From Eledone cirrhosa (taxonomy: Eukaryota): DNA of 64,000 bases. The position numbers and the translations under genes were made by a program. How positions within the stretch are numbered: position 1 is the first letter of the stretch; each line of letters begins with the position of its first letter. Location: positions 234,422,001 to 234,486,000 of the forward strand of contig OZ024742.1 in NCBI GenBank assembly GCA_964016885.1, in the 5' to 3' direction. The notes beneath the pieces were generated by a model. That model was not told where the DNA came from. It was given only the letters and a program-made list of their open reading frames with translations, and made no database searches. This document shows positions 13,095-25,055 of this stretch, piece after piece.

Positions 13095-16000
13095 ATGAAT
13101 CTGCGAGCTACCAAGCACCCACGTGAAGCGCCAACCCAGAGACCCTCCCCTACAAGTGTCGACAAATGCCCAAAACTCCGAGTTGGTACCATCAATGTAG
13201 GCTCAATGAAAGGAAGAGCAGGAGAAATCGTAGAAATGCTAGAGCGAAAGGAAGTTGATGTATGCTGTGTGCAAGAGACTAGATGGAGAGGAGGGTCTGC
13301 TAGAGTCCTTGTAGGAAAAAGCCAGTGCTACAAATTTTTCTGGGTGGGAAATGACGATGGGATGGGTGGTGTAGGTATACTATTAGCTGACAAGTGGGTA
13401 GATAAAGTAATCTCAGTGTACAGGGTAAATGCAAGAATCATTAAACTCAGACTAGTCCTGAATAAGACAATTACCACAATAATATCAGCTTACGCACCCC
13501 AATCGGGGCTGCCAGACGAACTTAAGGATAGGTTTTACGAGTCCCTAATACACACTACTGCTCTAACAGACGACAAGGACTTCCTAATCATTGCAGGAGA
13601 TTTTAACGGACACGTAGGTAAACACTGCGACGGCTTCAATAGAGTACATGGAGGCCATGGAGTTGGCACAAGGAATGAGGAAGGATTCAGACTTCTAGAA
13701 TTCTGCGACGCCAATGACATGTCGATATGTAACACAAACTTTAAAAAACCCGACAACCACCTGATCACCTATAGATCAGGGGAGCACTCTAGTCAGTTAG
13801 ATTTTATCCTCATCAGAGGACGTGACAGATGGACGGTCGTAAACACAAAAGCCTTCCCTAGTGAGGAATGTACATCCCAACATAGCTTAGTTGTCAGCGA
13901 CCTCACGGTCAGAACTAGACGAGCCCTGAAACAGAGGCCAACCTGGAGAAGAAAGATCTGGAAGCTGAAAGTCCCCTCAACCAGTAACAGATTTAAAGAT
14001 ATTTTACTCAACGCCTACGACAGTAAAGAAGAACAGATAGAGACATTTAACGTAGAAGAGAACTGGGAGTTCCTAAAAAATAACTTACTAGAGGCGACGG
14101 ATGAGGTTTGTGGCTGGAGTAAGACCTCAAGCAGGAGGAGAGTGACTTGGTGGTGGAACAATAAGGTAGATGAAGCAGTCAAGGCCAAGAGACAGGCATG
14201 GAAAGAATGGAAGAACGGGGGGAGCAGGGTACATTACATAGAGACCAAGAGGAAAGCTAGGCGACAAGTATACTTAGCTAGGAGGGAAGCAGAGGATAGA
14301 AAATTCAAGCATGTTTTACAACGTGAGGACCAGAAACAGGAGGTATTCAAGATTGCGAGGCAGTGTGTCAGAGATAGTTGTGATGTCATTGGAGAGAAGT
14401 GTATCCGGAATGATAAAGGTGAGCTTGCCCTCACAAGTGCTGAGAAGAAAGATGCATGGAAGAGTCATTATGATAGATTACTAAATGAGGAGAATGCATG
14501 GGAAGAAGAGACCCTACCCCACGTAGACCCTATAGAGGGACCAGCAGTACAAGTCAGCGGCAGCGTAGTAAGTAAGGCAATCAGAGATATGAAGATAGGG
14601 AAGGCAACCGGTCCATCGGGTATAGCTGCCGAGATGCTGAAGGCATCTGGGTCTGTAGGTCACACTATAACCACACGTATCGTTAACCAGGTAATACTAG
14701 AGGGGGCCATACCAAAAGATTGGTGCAGTAGCATCATTGTCAACTGCTACAAAGGTAAAGGCGATGCACTAGATAGAGGAAACTATAGAGGTATAAAGTT
14801 GATGGACCAGGTCATGAAAGTAACAGAAAGAGTTATAGCACAGCTGATTAGGGACCGGGTGAATATAGACGAGATGCAATTTGGGTTTGTTCCAGGGAAA
14901 GGCACCACTGATGCGCTCTTCCTTGTGAGGCAATTACAGGAAAAGTACCTAGCTAAAAGTAAGCCACTCTACTTGGCATTTGTCGACCTTGAGAAAGCCT
15001 TTGACAGAGTTCCACGTGCAGTAATCTGGTGGGCTCTTAGAAAACTAGGAGTAGATGAATGGCTTGTGAAAGCGGTACAAGCCATGTATAGGGGAGCAGT
15101 CAGCAAAGTTAGGATTGGCAATGAGTATAGCGAGGAATTTAGCGTACAGGTTGGGGTCCACCAGGGCTCTGTTCTTAGCCCTCTCCTGTTCATCATAGTC
15201 CTGCAGGCAATAACGGAGGAGTTTAAGACCGGATGCCCATGGGAACTCCTGTATGCTGATGACCTCGCACTCATAGCTGAATCTATGGTAGAACTAGAGA
15301 ATAAATTCCAAACCTGGAAGCAGGGACTAGAGAGAAAGGGCCTCAAAGTCAACATGACAAAGACTAAGGTCCTTATAAGTAGACGAGAAAACAGAACCCA
15401 GATCCCCTCAGGGAAATGGCCTTGCTCAGTATGTAGGAAAGGTGTAGGTAGGAACTCCATTCTTTGCCCCAAATGCAAACAATGGGTACACAAGAGATGT
15501 AGCGGGATCTCAGGAAGCTTAATTAAGAATGTAGGATTCACATGCAGCAGCTGTGCTGAAACAGCAAGCAAACAGCCACAGGAAACAAGTACCACCAATC
15601 TCTGGGAGGGCCCTGTAGAAACAGTAGACAGCTTCTGCTACCTAGGTGACCGAATTAGCAACGGAGGTGGGTGCTCAGAAAGTACAATAACTAGGGTAAG
15701 AACGGGATGGAAGAAGTTTAGGGAACTACTACCACTGCTAGCTGCAAAAGGCTTCTCCCTCAGAATGAAAGGCAGACTGTATGATGCGTGTATCCGAACA
15801 GCGATGTTGCATGGTAGTGAGACCTGGGCGCTGAAGGTGGAAGACTTACGTAGATTAGAGAGAAACGAAGCCTGCATGCTCCGATGGATGTGTAACAGTA
15901 ATATACGTGAACGACAAAGCATAAATGAATTGAGAGAGAGACTGAGCATAAGAGGAATCAAATGCTGCGTGCAGGAGAGGCGGTTACGCTGGTATGGACA

Positions 16001-16214
16001 TGTGATGCGTATGAAGGATGACAGCTGCATAAAAAGGTGCAGAGCACTAGAAGTTGATGGAAACCGCGGAGTGGGGAGACCCAAGACGACTTGGGATGAG
16101 GTGATAAAAGCCGACCTTACCCAACTACACCTCTCAAAGTCAATGACACACGACCGTGACTTCTGGCGTCACGCAGTAATACAGGGTACCCGACCTCCCA
16201 TGGGTACATGCTGA
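13095..16214 (+). CDS. Intact RTE-clade LINE ORF: APE endonuclease + reverse transcriptase with embedded PHD-like finger
   Basis: 1039 aa without stops; APE motifs TINVG, VQETRW, SAYAP, GDFN, LDFIL, SQH; RT motifs through YADD; C-terminal RLRWYGH/GRP. Confidence 0.95.
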   Translation: MNLRATKHPREAPTQRPSPTSVDKCPKLRVGTINVGSMKGRAGEIVEMLERKEVDVCCVQETRWRGGSARVLVGKSQCYKFFWVGNDDGMGGVGILLADKWVDKVISVYRVNARIIKLRLVLNKTITTIISAYAPQSGLPDELKDRFYESLIHTTALTDDKDFLIIAGDFNGHVGKHCDGFNRVHGGHGVGTRNEEGFRLLEFCDANDMSICNTNFKKPDNHLITYRSGEHSSQLDFILIRGRDRWTVVNTKAFPSEECTSQHSLVVSDLTVRTRRALKQRPTWRRKIWKLKVPSTSNRFKDILLNAYDSKEEQIETFNVEENWEFLKNNLLEATDEVCGWSKTSSRRRVTWWWNNKVDEAVKAKRQAWKEWKNGGSRVHYIETKRKARRQVYLARREAEDRKFKHVLQREDQKQEVFKIARQCVRDSCDVIGEKCIRNDKGELALTSAEKKDAWKSHYDRLLNEENAWEEETLPHVDPIEGPAVQVSGSVVSKAIRDMKIGKATGPSGIAAEMLKASGSVGHTITTRIVNQVILEGAIPKDWCSSIIVNCYKGKGDALDRGNYRGIKLMDQVMKVTERVIAQLIRDRVNIDEMQFGFVPGKGTTDALFLVRQLQEKYLAKSKPLYLAFVDLEKAFDRVPRAVIWWALRKLGVDEWLVKAVQAMYRGAVSKVRIGNEYSEEFSVQVGVHQGSVLSPLLFIIVLQAITEEFKTGCPWELLYADDLALIAESMVELENKFQTWKQGLERKGLKVNMTKTKVLISRRENRTQIPSGKWPCSVCRKGVGRNSILCPKCKQWVHKRCSGISGSLIKNVGFTCSSCAETASKQPQETSTTNLWEGPVETVDSFCYLGDRISNGGGCSESTITRVRTGWKKFRELLPLLAAKGFSLRMKGRLYDACIRTAMLHGSETWALKVEDLRRLERNEACMLRWMCNSNIRERQSINELRERLSIRGIKCCVQERRLRWYGHVMRMKDDSCIKRCRALEVDGNRGVGRPKTTWDEVIKADLTQLHLSKSMTHDRDFWRHAVIQGTRPPMGTC

Positions 16215-16513
16215 AGCATATAAATAATATGCCCCCCCCCCACCGCAAGGTGGTCGTGGAGGTGCCACGGCAAAAAAGCACCCAGCCCACACTGTAAAGT
16301 GGACGTGTAGGCGCCACGAAAAAGCACCCAGCACTCACTGTAAATGAGGTTGGTGTTAGGAAGGGCATCCAGCTGTAGAAATCAAGCCAGATCAGTTCCT
16401 GTATGAGCAAGGCATGGTCAGCCGACCAGACACTGCCCACAACAGGACAACCCGTCTAACCCATGCTAGCGTGGAAGAACGGACGTAAAACGGTGATGAT
16501 GATGATGATGATG
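16215..16513 (+). mobile_element. RTE 3' UTR with terminal hairpin and (GAT)n tail
   Basis: CCGTC..CCATGC TA GCGTGG..GGACG followed by (GAT)n. Confidence 0.85.
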
Positions 16514-16623
16514 ATATATATACAAATATATATATACACATATATATACACATACACACACACACAATATATATACACATATATACATATACACACACAC
16601 ACGCACATACACACATACATACA

Positions 16624-17274
16624 TACTCCGATAGCTAGGATTTTATTCACTTTGCTGAAATTACACTTCCCCATACAACATAGGTACCACACCATCTTTA
16701 ATAAGAACACAATAAGACTGTCTTACTCCACCACACCTAACCTAGCTAGGAATATAGCCAACCACAATTCTAAAAAATTAAATAAGCCAACCACCTCCGA
16801 ACCCAATCCCCGGACTGGGGCTCTATGTAATTGCCTAAATAAGGAAGCATGCCCACTTGAAAACAAATGCCTCACAAATGATACCGTATACAAATGCGAT
16901 GTCATCTCAGGCACCGAGGATTGCAAAAAAACTCACATCGGCATGACCTCCAACAACTTTAAGACCCGTTGGTATGCCCATACCCACTCCTTCAGAAGAC
17001 CGGACAAATCAAATCAGACAACACTCGCCTCCTACGTTTGGGACCTCAAAAGGAACTCCACCCCCTTCACGCTTAAATGGAAAATACTCCAGAAAGCGCG
17101 CTCTTACAATGGAGGACACAAGGGCTGCGAGATCTCTGTATTTCAGAGAGCTACGAAATTTTATTCGCCAAGGGCCCGCTACTGAACAAACTCTCTGAAC
17201 ACTGCCCGAACTGCATGCACAAGAACTTTGCAACTTTCAAACACTTTAAGCCAGTGTTAAAGCCCGATGGCTAA
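16624..17274 (+). pseudogene. Penelope-like element A, 3' fragment encoding GIY-YIG endonuclease
   Basis: LSYSTTPN, CNC..CPL..C, TVYKC...HIGMT...FKTRW..H; highly similar to 46855-47501; frameshift near the end. Confidence 0.88.
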
Positions 17275-17635
17275 AAATGACCTCCCCCTATTGGCCCCTA
17301 TACCTCCCCCCCCTCAACCTGAAATACGGCCACTATGGTTATGTGAGTACCTCTTTCCTATCTACATTTTCTGCCTGTAGAGGTGTTTTTATGTGCCTGC
17401 GTATATGCGTATATTTATTGAGTACTTATTTATTTGTATGTGTATATATTTGTGTGTATGTGTGTATATGTATGTGTATGTATATATATATATATGTATG
17501 TGTGTATATGTGTTTTATGTGTGTATATTTATGTATGTATATATATGTATATATGTATATATATGTGTATATATATATATATGTGTATATATGTGTATGT
17601 ATGTGTATGTATGTATGTATATATGTATATGTATG

Positions 17636-17709
<74 letters not shown>

Positions 17710-17724
17710 TGTGTGTGTGTGCAG

Positions 17725-17780
<56 letters not shown>

Positions 17781-17792
17781 ATGTATATATAT

Positions 17793-17841
17793 GATTCCTG
17801 ATGATTTCTAATGAATGAAACAATTCTAGTCCTGTAGAATC
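17793..17841 (+). ncRNA. Solo hammerhead ribozyme (family 1) within (TA)n
   Basis: GATTC-CTGATGA...GAAA-CAA TTCTAGTC CTG-TA-GAATC; one stem III mismatch. Confidence 0.65.
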
Positions 17842-17844
17842 TCA

Positions 17845-17880
<36 letters not shown>

Positions 17881-17909
17881 CGTGAGAGAGAGTGTGTGTA
17901 TATATATTT

Positions 17910-17952
<43 letters not shown>

Positions 17953-18036
17953 AATATGTGTGTGTGTGTGTATATATGTGAATATGTGTGTGTGTGTATG
18001 TATGTGTGTATATGTATGTATATATATATATATGTG

Positions 18037-18082
<46 letters not shown>

Positions 18083-18241
18083 TATTTGTATATGTATGTA
18101 TGTATGTATGTGTGTATGTATGTGTGTATGTATGTGTGTGTGTGTGTGTATATGTATATATGTGTATATATTGTGTGTGTGTGTATGTGTATATATATGT
18201 GTATATGTATATTTGTATATATATATATATATGTATTTATA

Positions 18242-18280
<39 letters not shown>

Positions 18281-18333
18281 ATATATGTGTGTATGTATTT
18301 GTGTATATATGTATGTATGTCTGTGTATGTGTG

Positions 18334-18373
<40 letters not shown>

Positions 18374-18398
18374 TATGAATATATGTATGAATGGTGTA

Positions 18399-18429
<31 letters not shown>

Positions 18430-19245
18430 ATATGTATGTATGGTGCTTTTTCCTTATATATGTGTATATGTGTGTGTGTGTATATATATATGTATGTATG
18501 TGTGTGTGTATGTATATGTATATATTTGTTTATGTATATATATATATAAAATTTCAGGTTATCAATAATGTAGTGATAATATATCGTTACGTTAGAGATG
18601 AACAGCGTACGTGCAGGTTAGCTCAACGAGTATAAATTATATTCCGGAGAAAATGTAGAAAGGATGAATATAAAATGAAAGTGCTTTTTTTAAAAAGGAA
18701 TTTATTAGGTATTGACATATGTTTCTGTAACAGACGGAATACCTATGTATCGCTGCTTGCGTAATCATATAATGTTAGCAAGTATTCGATAGCAAATGTA
18801 TAATCAGTTGTCACTTCTTCAGAGATTTTGGATAAATTGGATAAAATCAGAAAAATTGAAGTATTTATATTAGTAATAGAGGAAGAAAAAGAGGGGATAG
18901 TATATGACAGATGGTAAATTAATTTACTGCTAAACAAGTATATAATGGGTTTCTAATGAGAATACCATGAGTAAATCTAAATAAGAATTTTGGGAGTGCC
19001 AATTTTAATCTCTACTTGACCAATTGGACAGTGGACAGGGCTGGTCATTTGGTGCAGTAGTATTAATTATAAAGTGTCAATTGGGGAAGGGGGAGATTTC
19101 GATTGCTACTGAATAACATCAATGATAGTAGCCAGCTGGTATATGCATTAGGGAATTGAATCAAGAAATCAGAAATCTCATTTTATCTATAGCAGTTTAT
19201 ATTAAAAGGTAAATAATAGAAGAGTTGATAGAATTAAGACTAATA

Positions 19246-19480
19246 AAGAATGTTAATATCTATTTTGACAATCAAACGGAGATAGAGACAGGCGTTCAAT
19301 CTTGGTAGTATTTATAATATGAAAATGTAGATTTTAAGCGATTTTATTAAATAACAGAATAGAGCGATCGTTATACTGTAACCATCGCTTAAAATCTACA
19401 TTTTCATATTATAAATATTACCAGGATTGAACGCCTGTCTCTATCTCCGTTTGATTGTCAAAATAGATATTAACATTCTT
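19246..19480. repeat. Inverted repeat, ~97-bp arms, ~41-nt spacer
   Basis: 19246-19342 is the reverse complement of 19384-19480 with 2 mismatches. Confidence 0.92.
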
Positions 19481-19700
19481 AATGATAAGGAATGGCATGC
19501 CATCCGGAACCTGTTTATAGAATTCTGTCTGCCTTTGTTACTCTAAAAACAAAAATAAATAAAAATAAACTATAGCTTTGTAGAATTAGCTTTTAATGAA
19601 TTCCCTTTTCTATCAACCAATGACCTACACCCATCCCACTCCCCACCCTCTCCTACCACTTGTAGAGACCTATAAATACCATATTTATTTTTTGATACCC

Positions 19701-19751
19701 AGATTCCTGATGATTTCTAAAGAATGAAACAGTTCTAGTCCTGTAGAATCT
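19701..19751 (+). ncRNA. Type I hammerhead ribozyme (family 1)
   Basis: Identical to the 54423-54473 motif. Confidence 0.8.
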
Positions 19752-19789
19752 CATCTATATTAAAACTATATATATATATATGGAGAAAT

Positions 19790-20700
19790 AATTTACGAAA
19801 TGGAAATGCGGGTATATAGGATTTATTAGGTAACAATTGTTTCTATAGTGTATGAGTTACCTATACCTCGCTATTTGAATAATACACAAATATTATCATA
19901 AACCGAAAGTACACTGTAAGCCAACACACCATGTCATCAGACCTTTGTATTAGAATGATATGAAAATATTTTATACACTAGATAAAAGATAAAGAAGGAG
20001 GTAGGAAGAGAAGGGGAAGGGGGAAGTGAGTAAGGTGGAGGGAGTCTTAGGGTTTAAGACTGTCAGACTAGTAGAGATTGTGAAGAAAGAATGTTTTGGC
20101 AGCAGTTAGCTTAATGAGGCGTGCTAAGGTTGGCTGGGAAGTAGATTCTTCTAGTGGTGTTGTTCGGACAAAATTTAGTTAGAGGGGTCAAAGTGGTACA
20201 ATGTCACAGACAAGTTATTAGGGCTATTATAGTAGCAGGTTATTTCTAAAGGGGTCCAGAAAAACAGTGTTTAGTACTATTATTATAGAAAGCCATATCT
20301 AGTGTATAAACATATAAGACAGAAATTTGCAAACGTTGGTGTAAAAAGGTAACATTATATGCATTTAAAAAAAGAAAAAGTCGTTTTCAAACGATGGTTA
20401 CAGTATAGAGAACGTTCAATTTTGCTGTTCAAAAGTTTGTTTACCGACGTTAAAATGCAGTATCTCTCTAAATTGCATAACTTGCAGAATCGATGATTTT
20501 GCTGATATGCAGGCGCAGCTGCAATAATTTGCCAATCAAGGGAGAACGCTTGATTGTTCCTCCGAAGCTGCCAGGCTTTATCGGCGAGGGTTGTTACGGA
20601 GCGCATTTTCTCGTGCCTGATCGGAGATCGATGTTGGTATAGGCGAGCCTTGAAAGAAGTTGCGGTACATCCGACGTAATACCATTTGTTGGTCCCGGAA
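19790..20700 (-). mobile_element. Penelope-like element C 3' fragment (GIY-YIG + 3' repeat)
   Basis: Minus strand ..YVGCTATSFKARLYQH..TTLA..W.IIAAAPAY...CKLCNLE...LLNSKIE; downstream hammerhead + AATAAA. Confidence 0.8.
19828..19944 (-). ncRNA. Type I hammerhead with long stem II insert
   Basis: AGGT-CTGATGA-CATGGTGTGT...(insert)...CATACACTATA-GAAAC AATT GT-T-ACCT, then AATAAA. Confidence 0.6.
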
Positions 20701-20781
20701 TTTATATATATATCAAGTAAGTATATATATATATATCAAGTTAGTATGTTTTGAAACAGTGAGCGAGTTTGAAATTAGAAA

Positions 20782-20979
20782 ATATATAGCTTTCACCGTA
20801 TTTTTGACTAAAGGAATTTTAGCTTGATAACGGGGTTTAGAACCCTCAGATAAATGGAAAAAGATGAGTATTGACGTACATGTACGTCAATACTCATCTT
20901 TTTCCATTTATCTGAGGGTTCTAAATCCCGTTATCAAGCTAAAATTCCTTTAGTCAAAAATACGGTGAAAGCTATATAT
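20782..20979. repeat. Near-perfect spacerless palindrome (~99-bp arms)
   Basis: Centre GTACA|TGTAC at 20880/20881; 2 mismatches. Confidence 0.95.
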
Positions 20980-20999
20980 ATATATATATATATATATAT

Positions 21000-21393
21000 G
21001 AAGGCGCATGGCTTAGTGGTTAGAGCATTGGCCTTGCAATCGAAAGGTTGTGAGTTCAATTCTTGGACCGAGTAATGTGTTGTTTCCTTGAGCAAGATAC
21101 TTTATTTCACATTGCTCCAGTTTACTCAGCTGTAGAAATGAGATGATAGGACTGGGGTCCCTAACATTCCACTGTAAAGTGGAGGTGTAGGCGCCACTGA
21201 CAAAAGCACCCAGCACTCACTGTAAATGAGGTTGGTGTTAGGAAGGGCATCCAGCTGTAGAAATCAAGCCAGAATCAGTTCCTGTATGAGCAAGACAAGG
21301 TCAGCCGACCGGACACTGCCCACAACAGGACAACCCAGTCCCACCCTTGCAAGCCGGGAAAAGCGGACGTAAAATGATGATGATGATGATGAT
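21000..21393 (+). mobile_element. CORE-type SINE family A
   Basis: Homologous to 8057-8391; (GAT)n tail. Confidence 0.85.
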
Positions 21394-22667
21394 AATATAT
21401 ATATATATGAATTTCATAATAAATATCCAAGTAGGTAGAGCATTCAATTCAGGGGACGAGTTGTGTTATATAAAATATTTTATGTATGATCTGGTTTTAT
21501 AATTTTATACATTTTTACCAATAGTGAAAGAGAGAGTCAGTTTCTAACATAGACTCGAGACTCTTTCATTGGAATTTAGACAACATCAACTAGGTAGATA
21601 TGTCTGCATGTCTGCATGTATGTGTGTATGTGCAGGTATAGATGTTATTTTATGTGTGAATGTGGATGTTTTGAGTTATATGTGTGCATGTGCATACATT
21701 TTATATCTGTACATGTATACATGCAGTAATTACATCCAGAATTTTTGGAATGTTTTACATATTTTTACTGTCCTTTTTTTACATATTTTTACTGTACTGG
21801 ATTGTACTTATAATTTCCTAACTAATTAATGGATTGCACTTGTAATTTCCTAACTATGTGTGTATGTATATATGTATGTATGTATATATCTATGTATATA
21901 TGTATGTATGTATGTTTTTACACCTTCACCCACTCCCATCAATGCCACCCTAACCTGACCAAGAATATATCTAGCAACTTAATGTTGAAATGAGGTAGTA
22001 CTGGTGCCACAATAATAGGCAGCCAGTTTGATCTCTAAGGTGGTAGGGTTGGTACCACAATGAAAAGCACTTTGTTCATCCTGTAAGGTGGTAGGTAGTG
22101 TTGGAGTCACAATAAAATGCTTCCAGTATACTCTGGCATTAAGAAAGACATTTAGCCAAAAACAGAGCGTACAAACAAGATGTGGTCATTTGACCAATCT
22201 AGCCTCAGTTTGTGACAGCCCGTGTAACCCATGCAAGCACAGAAAATAGACGTTAAACAATCTGCAGGATTTGAACTCGGTATGCTCTAACAATTCTGCC
22301 AATCCATAATGATGTCAATCAATGTGCACTTAATGCCATCAAACTTTTATTGTTTTACATTAACATGGCTTCTTTATTGTGAAGAAAGTCTAAAACAATA
22401 AATAAAACAACACTAAAATACTGTGACTGGCATTCTCTCAAAAATAATACATTCTGTTGTAAGTTAGTATCATTTACTTTTTATTTTCCTTTTATGTAAT
22501 ATTCTAAGAAGGAAATTTCAAACAAACTAGTTCAGCCCTCATCTCTCTCCCTTCTTTCAGTTGGTAAGGAGTGATGTATTATCAATATTTTGGTATGTTT
22601 TACTTCTGACCAATATTTATTTTAATTTTTATATATATTTTGCTGCTGGTGTATTTTTTACATAACT

Positions 22668-24143
22668 ACATCCTCATCATCATCATCTTACGTCCGCTTT
22701 TCCCTGCTTGCAAGGGTGGGATGGGTCCTATTCAGCACAGCATTTCTCCACTTGTCACGGTCCTTCGTTATCTCCTCCGTGAGCTTCGGCAATCTGAGGT
22801 CTTCCTTTCACTGGCATTTCTTGGCACTTCTGCACCCAGCGGTCATCCTCCATGCACATCACATGTCCATACCATCGCAATCTTCTCTCCTGCATATTAC
22901 AACTTATCCCTCTTTAACACAGTTTCTCTCTCAACTTATCCATGCTTGGTCGTTCACGTACATTGACATTACAAATCCAACAGAGCATGCTTGCTTCATT
23001 TCTTTCCAGCCGTTGCATATCCTCTGCAGTTGCTGCCCATGTCTCACTACCATGCAGCATCGCGCTCCTCACACAGCTACCATATAACCAGCCTTTCGTA
23101 CGCAGGGAGAAACCCTTCTTTGTCAGCAGAGGAAGCTGCTCCCTAAACTTCTTCCAACCTGTCCTTATTCTAGATACTATGGCCTCAGAACACCCCCTCC
23201 CATGCTAATCTGATCACCTAGGTACTAGAAGCTATCAACCACTTCTATAGAACCTACTTGCATTTGAAAAATGTGTCTATCAATGCGACTTCTAATGTCA
23301 AATTTCCCTGTACATCTACTGCATATGTATTTTTCCCTACCTGTTAGTTTACCTTCTATCCCACTACATCTCTTGTGTACCCAAGATCTGCATTGTGTAC
23401 ATTTTATAGAATTTATGGCAGTTCCTTTTCTGCATATTGAACATGGCCATTTCCCTGATGGAATCAGAGTTTTGTTCTCTTTTCTACTTATCAACACTTT
23501 TGTCTTAGCTAGGTTCACTCTCAGTCCTCTTGCTTCCAACTGCTGTTTCCATAGCCGGAATTTATTCTCTAGCTCCTCTACTGATTCTGCTATAAGAACC
23601 AGATTGTCAGCATAGAGAAGTTCCCATGGGCAGCCAGTCTTAAACTCTTCTGTTATGGCTTGGAGGACTATAATGAACAAGAGCGGGCTGAGGACCGAAC
23701 CTTGATGTACTCCTATTTGTATCTGGAATTCCTCACTAAACTACATTCCTACCCTGACTTTACTGAGAGTACCTCTGTACAAAGCTTGCACTGTCCTCAA
23801 GCCATTCCTCAACACCTAGTTTCCTTAAGGACCACCAGATGACAGATCGGGGTACCCTATCAAAGGCCTTCTCTAGGTCAACAAAAGCTAAGTATAGTGG
23901 CTTATTCTTCTCTTAGTTGTCTCACTAAGAAGAGGGCATCTGTTGTACTTTTCCCAGGCATAAAACAAAACTGCATCTCATCTAGTTAGACCCTTTCTCT
24001 AATTAGTTACGCTAATATCCTTTCTGCCATTTTCATAACCTGATCCATCAGTTTTATGCCTCTATAATTGATCCTCCCCAGAGCATCCCCTTTACCTTTG
24101 TAGCAATTTATGAGAATACTGCTGCACCAGTCTTGGGGTATGC
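22668..24143 (-). mobile_element. Degenerate RTE LINE (subfamily 3), truncated with internal deletions
   Basis: [24 protein letters not shown]-like CSIC..CTQC..HKRC..CSRC; frameshifts; tail CCCTTGCAAGCAGGGAAAAGCGGACG(GAT)n. Confidence 0.88.
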
Positions 24144-24211
24144 AAAAATAACAAAATAATAATAAAACAAAATATCAAAATATTTTTCTTGGAATGTCAC
24201 CAAGTAAAATA

Positions 24212-24397
24212 TAATTGTTTCTATTTTTAGGCACAGGGCCAGCAATTACCCAGTACATTACTGGTACTTTATTTTATCGACCCTGTAAGGATGAAAGGCA
24301 AAATTAACCTCGGCGGGATTTGAACTCAGATCATAAAGGGACGTAACTATGCTTCAAAGCATGGTGTCCGACTCTCTACCGATACTGCCAATCCACC
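24212..24397 (-). mobile_element. SINE family B
   Basis: Matches 2177-2346. Confidence 0.75.
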
Positions 24398-24871
24398 AAG
24401 TAAAATATAATAAGATGTAATAAGATAAATAGATAATATTGGTGATTCACATGATAAATGCATCCAGTACACTCTGTTAAGTGGTTGGTGACAGGAAGAA
24501 CATCCAACCATTGAAAACTTGCCACACAAAGGGTTGGGAAGACTCTTCAGCTGTATCAAAGACATGACAACTTCTCTAGAGCAGCCATCATGATAAAATG
24601 TACTCGACAGTGCACAGGATCGTATGTAAGAGAATCACAAGCCTCTGGCTTATCTGAGCACTTGGTAAGATGTAAGGATGTGAGATACAGGCTCCTGGCC
24701 CACCATGGGTCAGTACCTCTGCCTTGAATATCAGCCTTGTCAGCAGGGAAGATGATGATGATGATGAATAAGAAAAATATGTCAAAATTATTTTACTCCT
24801 GTGTATTTACTCCTGTGTTTTTTCTTTGAATTAATTGATAAATACAGCACTGTGTTGTGACAGCATGATGA

Positions 24872-25055
24872 TTAACTTTTTTGACACCAAACTGACCCTG
24901 GTTCTGTGATATAAAACTGTTTTAAAGTATTCATATTTATCTAAAAATCTTCCATCATAATTTTATGTAAGAACCTTTGTTAAGTTATGATCCAAACACT
25001 ATCTTAATAATGAAAGGTCATTTCTTTCATGAAAAATATGGTAATGAAAGGGTTA
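24872..25055. mobile_element. Degenerate TTAA-flanked MITE (piggyBac-like ends)
   Basis: TTAAC...AAAGGGTTAA; related pieces at ~26818-27030, 27759-27954 and 37020-37215. Confidence 0.45.

Noticed and set aside
21520-21580. Minus-strand CCAATGA...GAAAC hammerhead-like motif (also CTGAGGA..GAAA at ~485-525 and CTGATGA at 35948)
   Set aside because: Core altered or stems I/III cannot be formed
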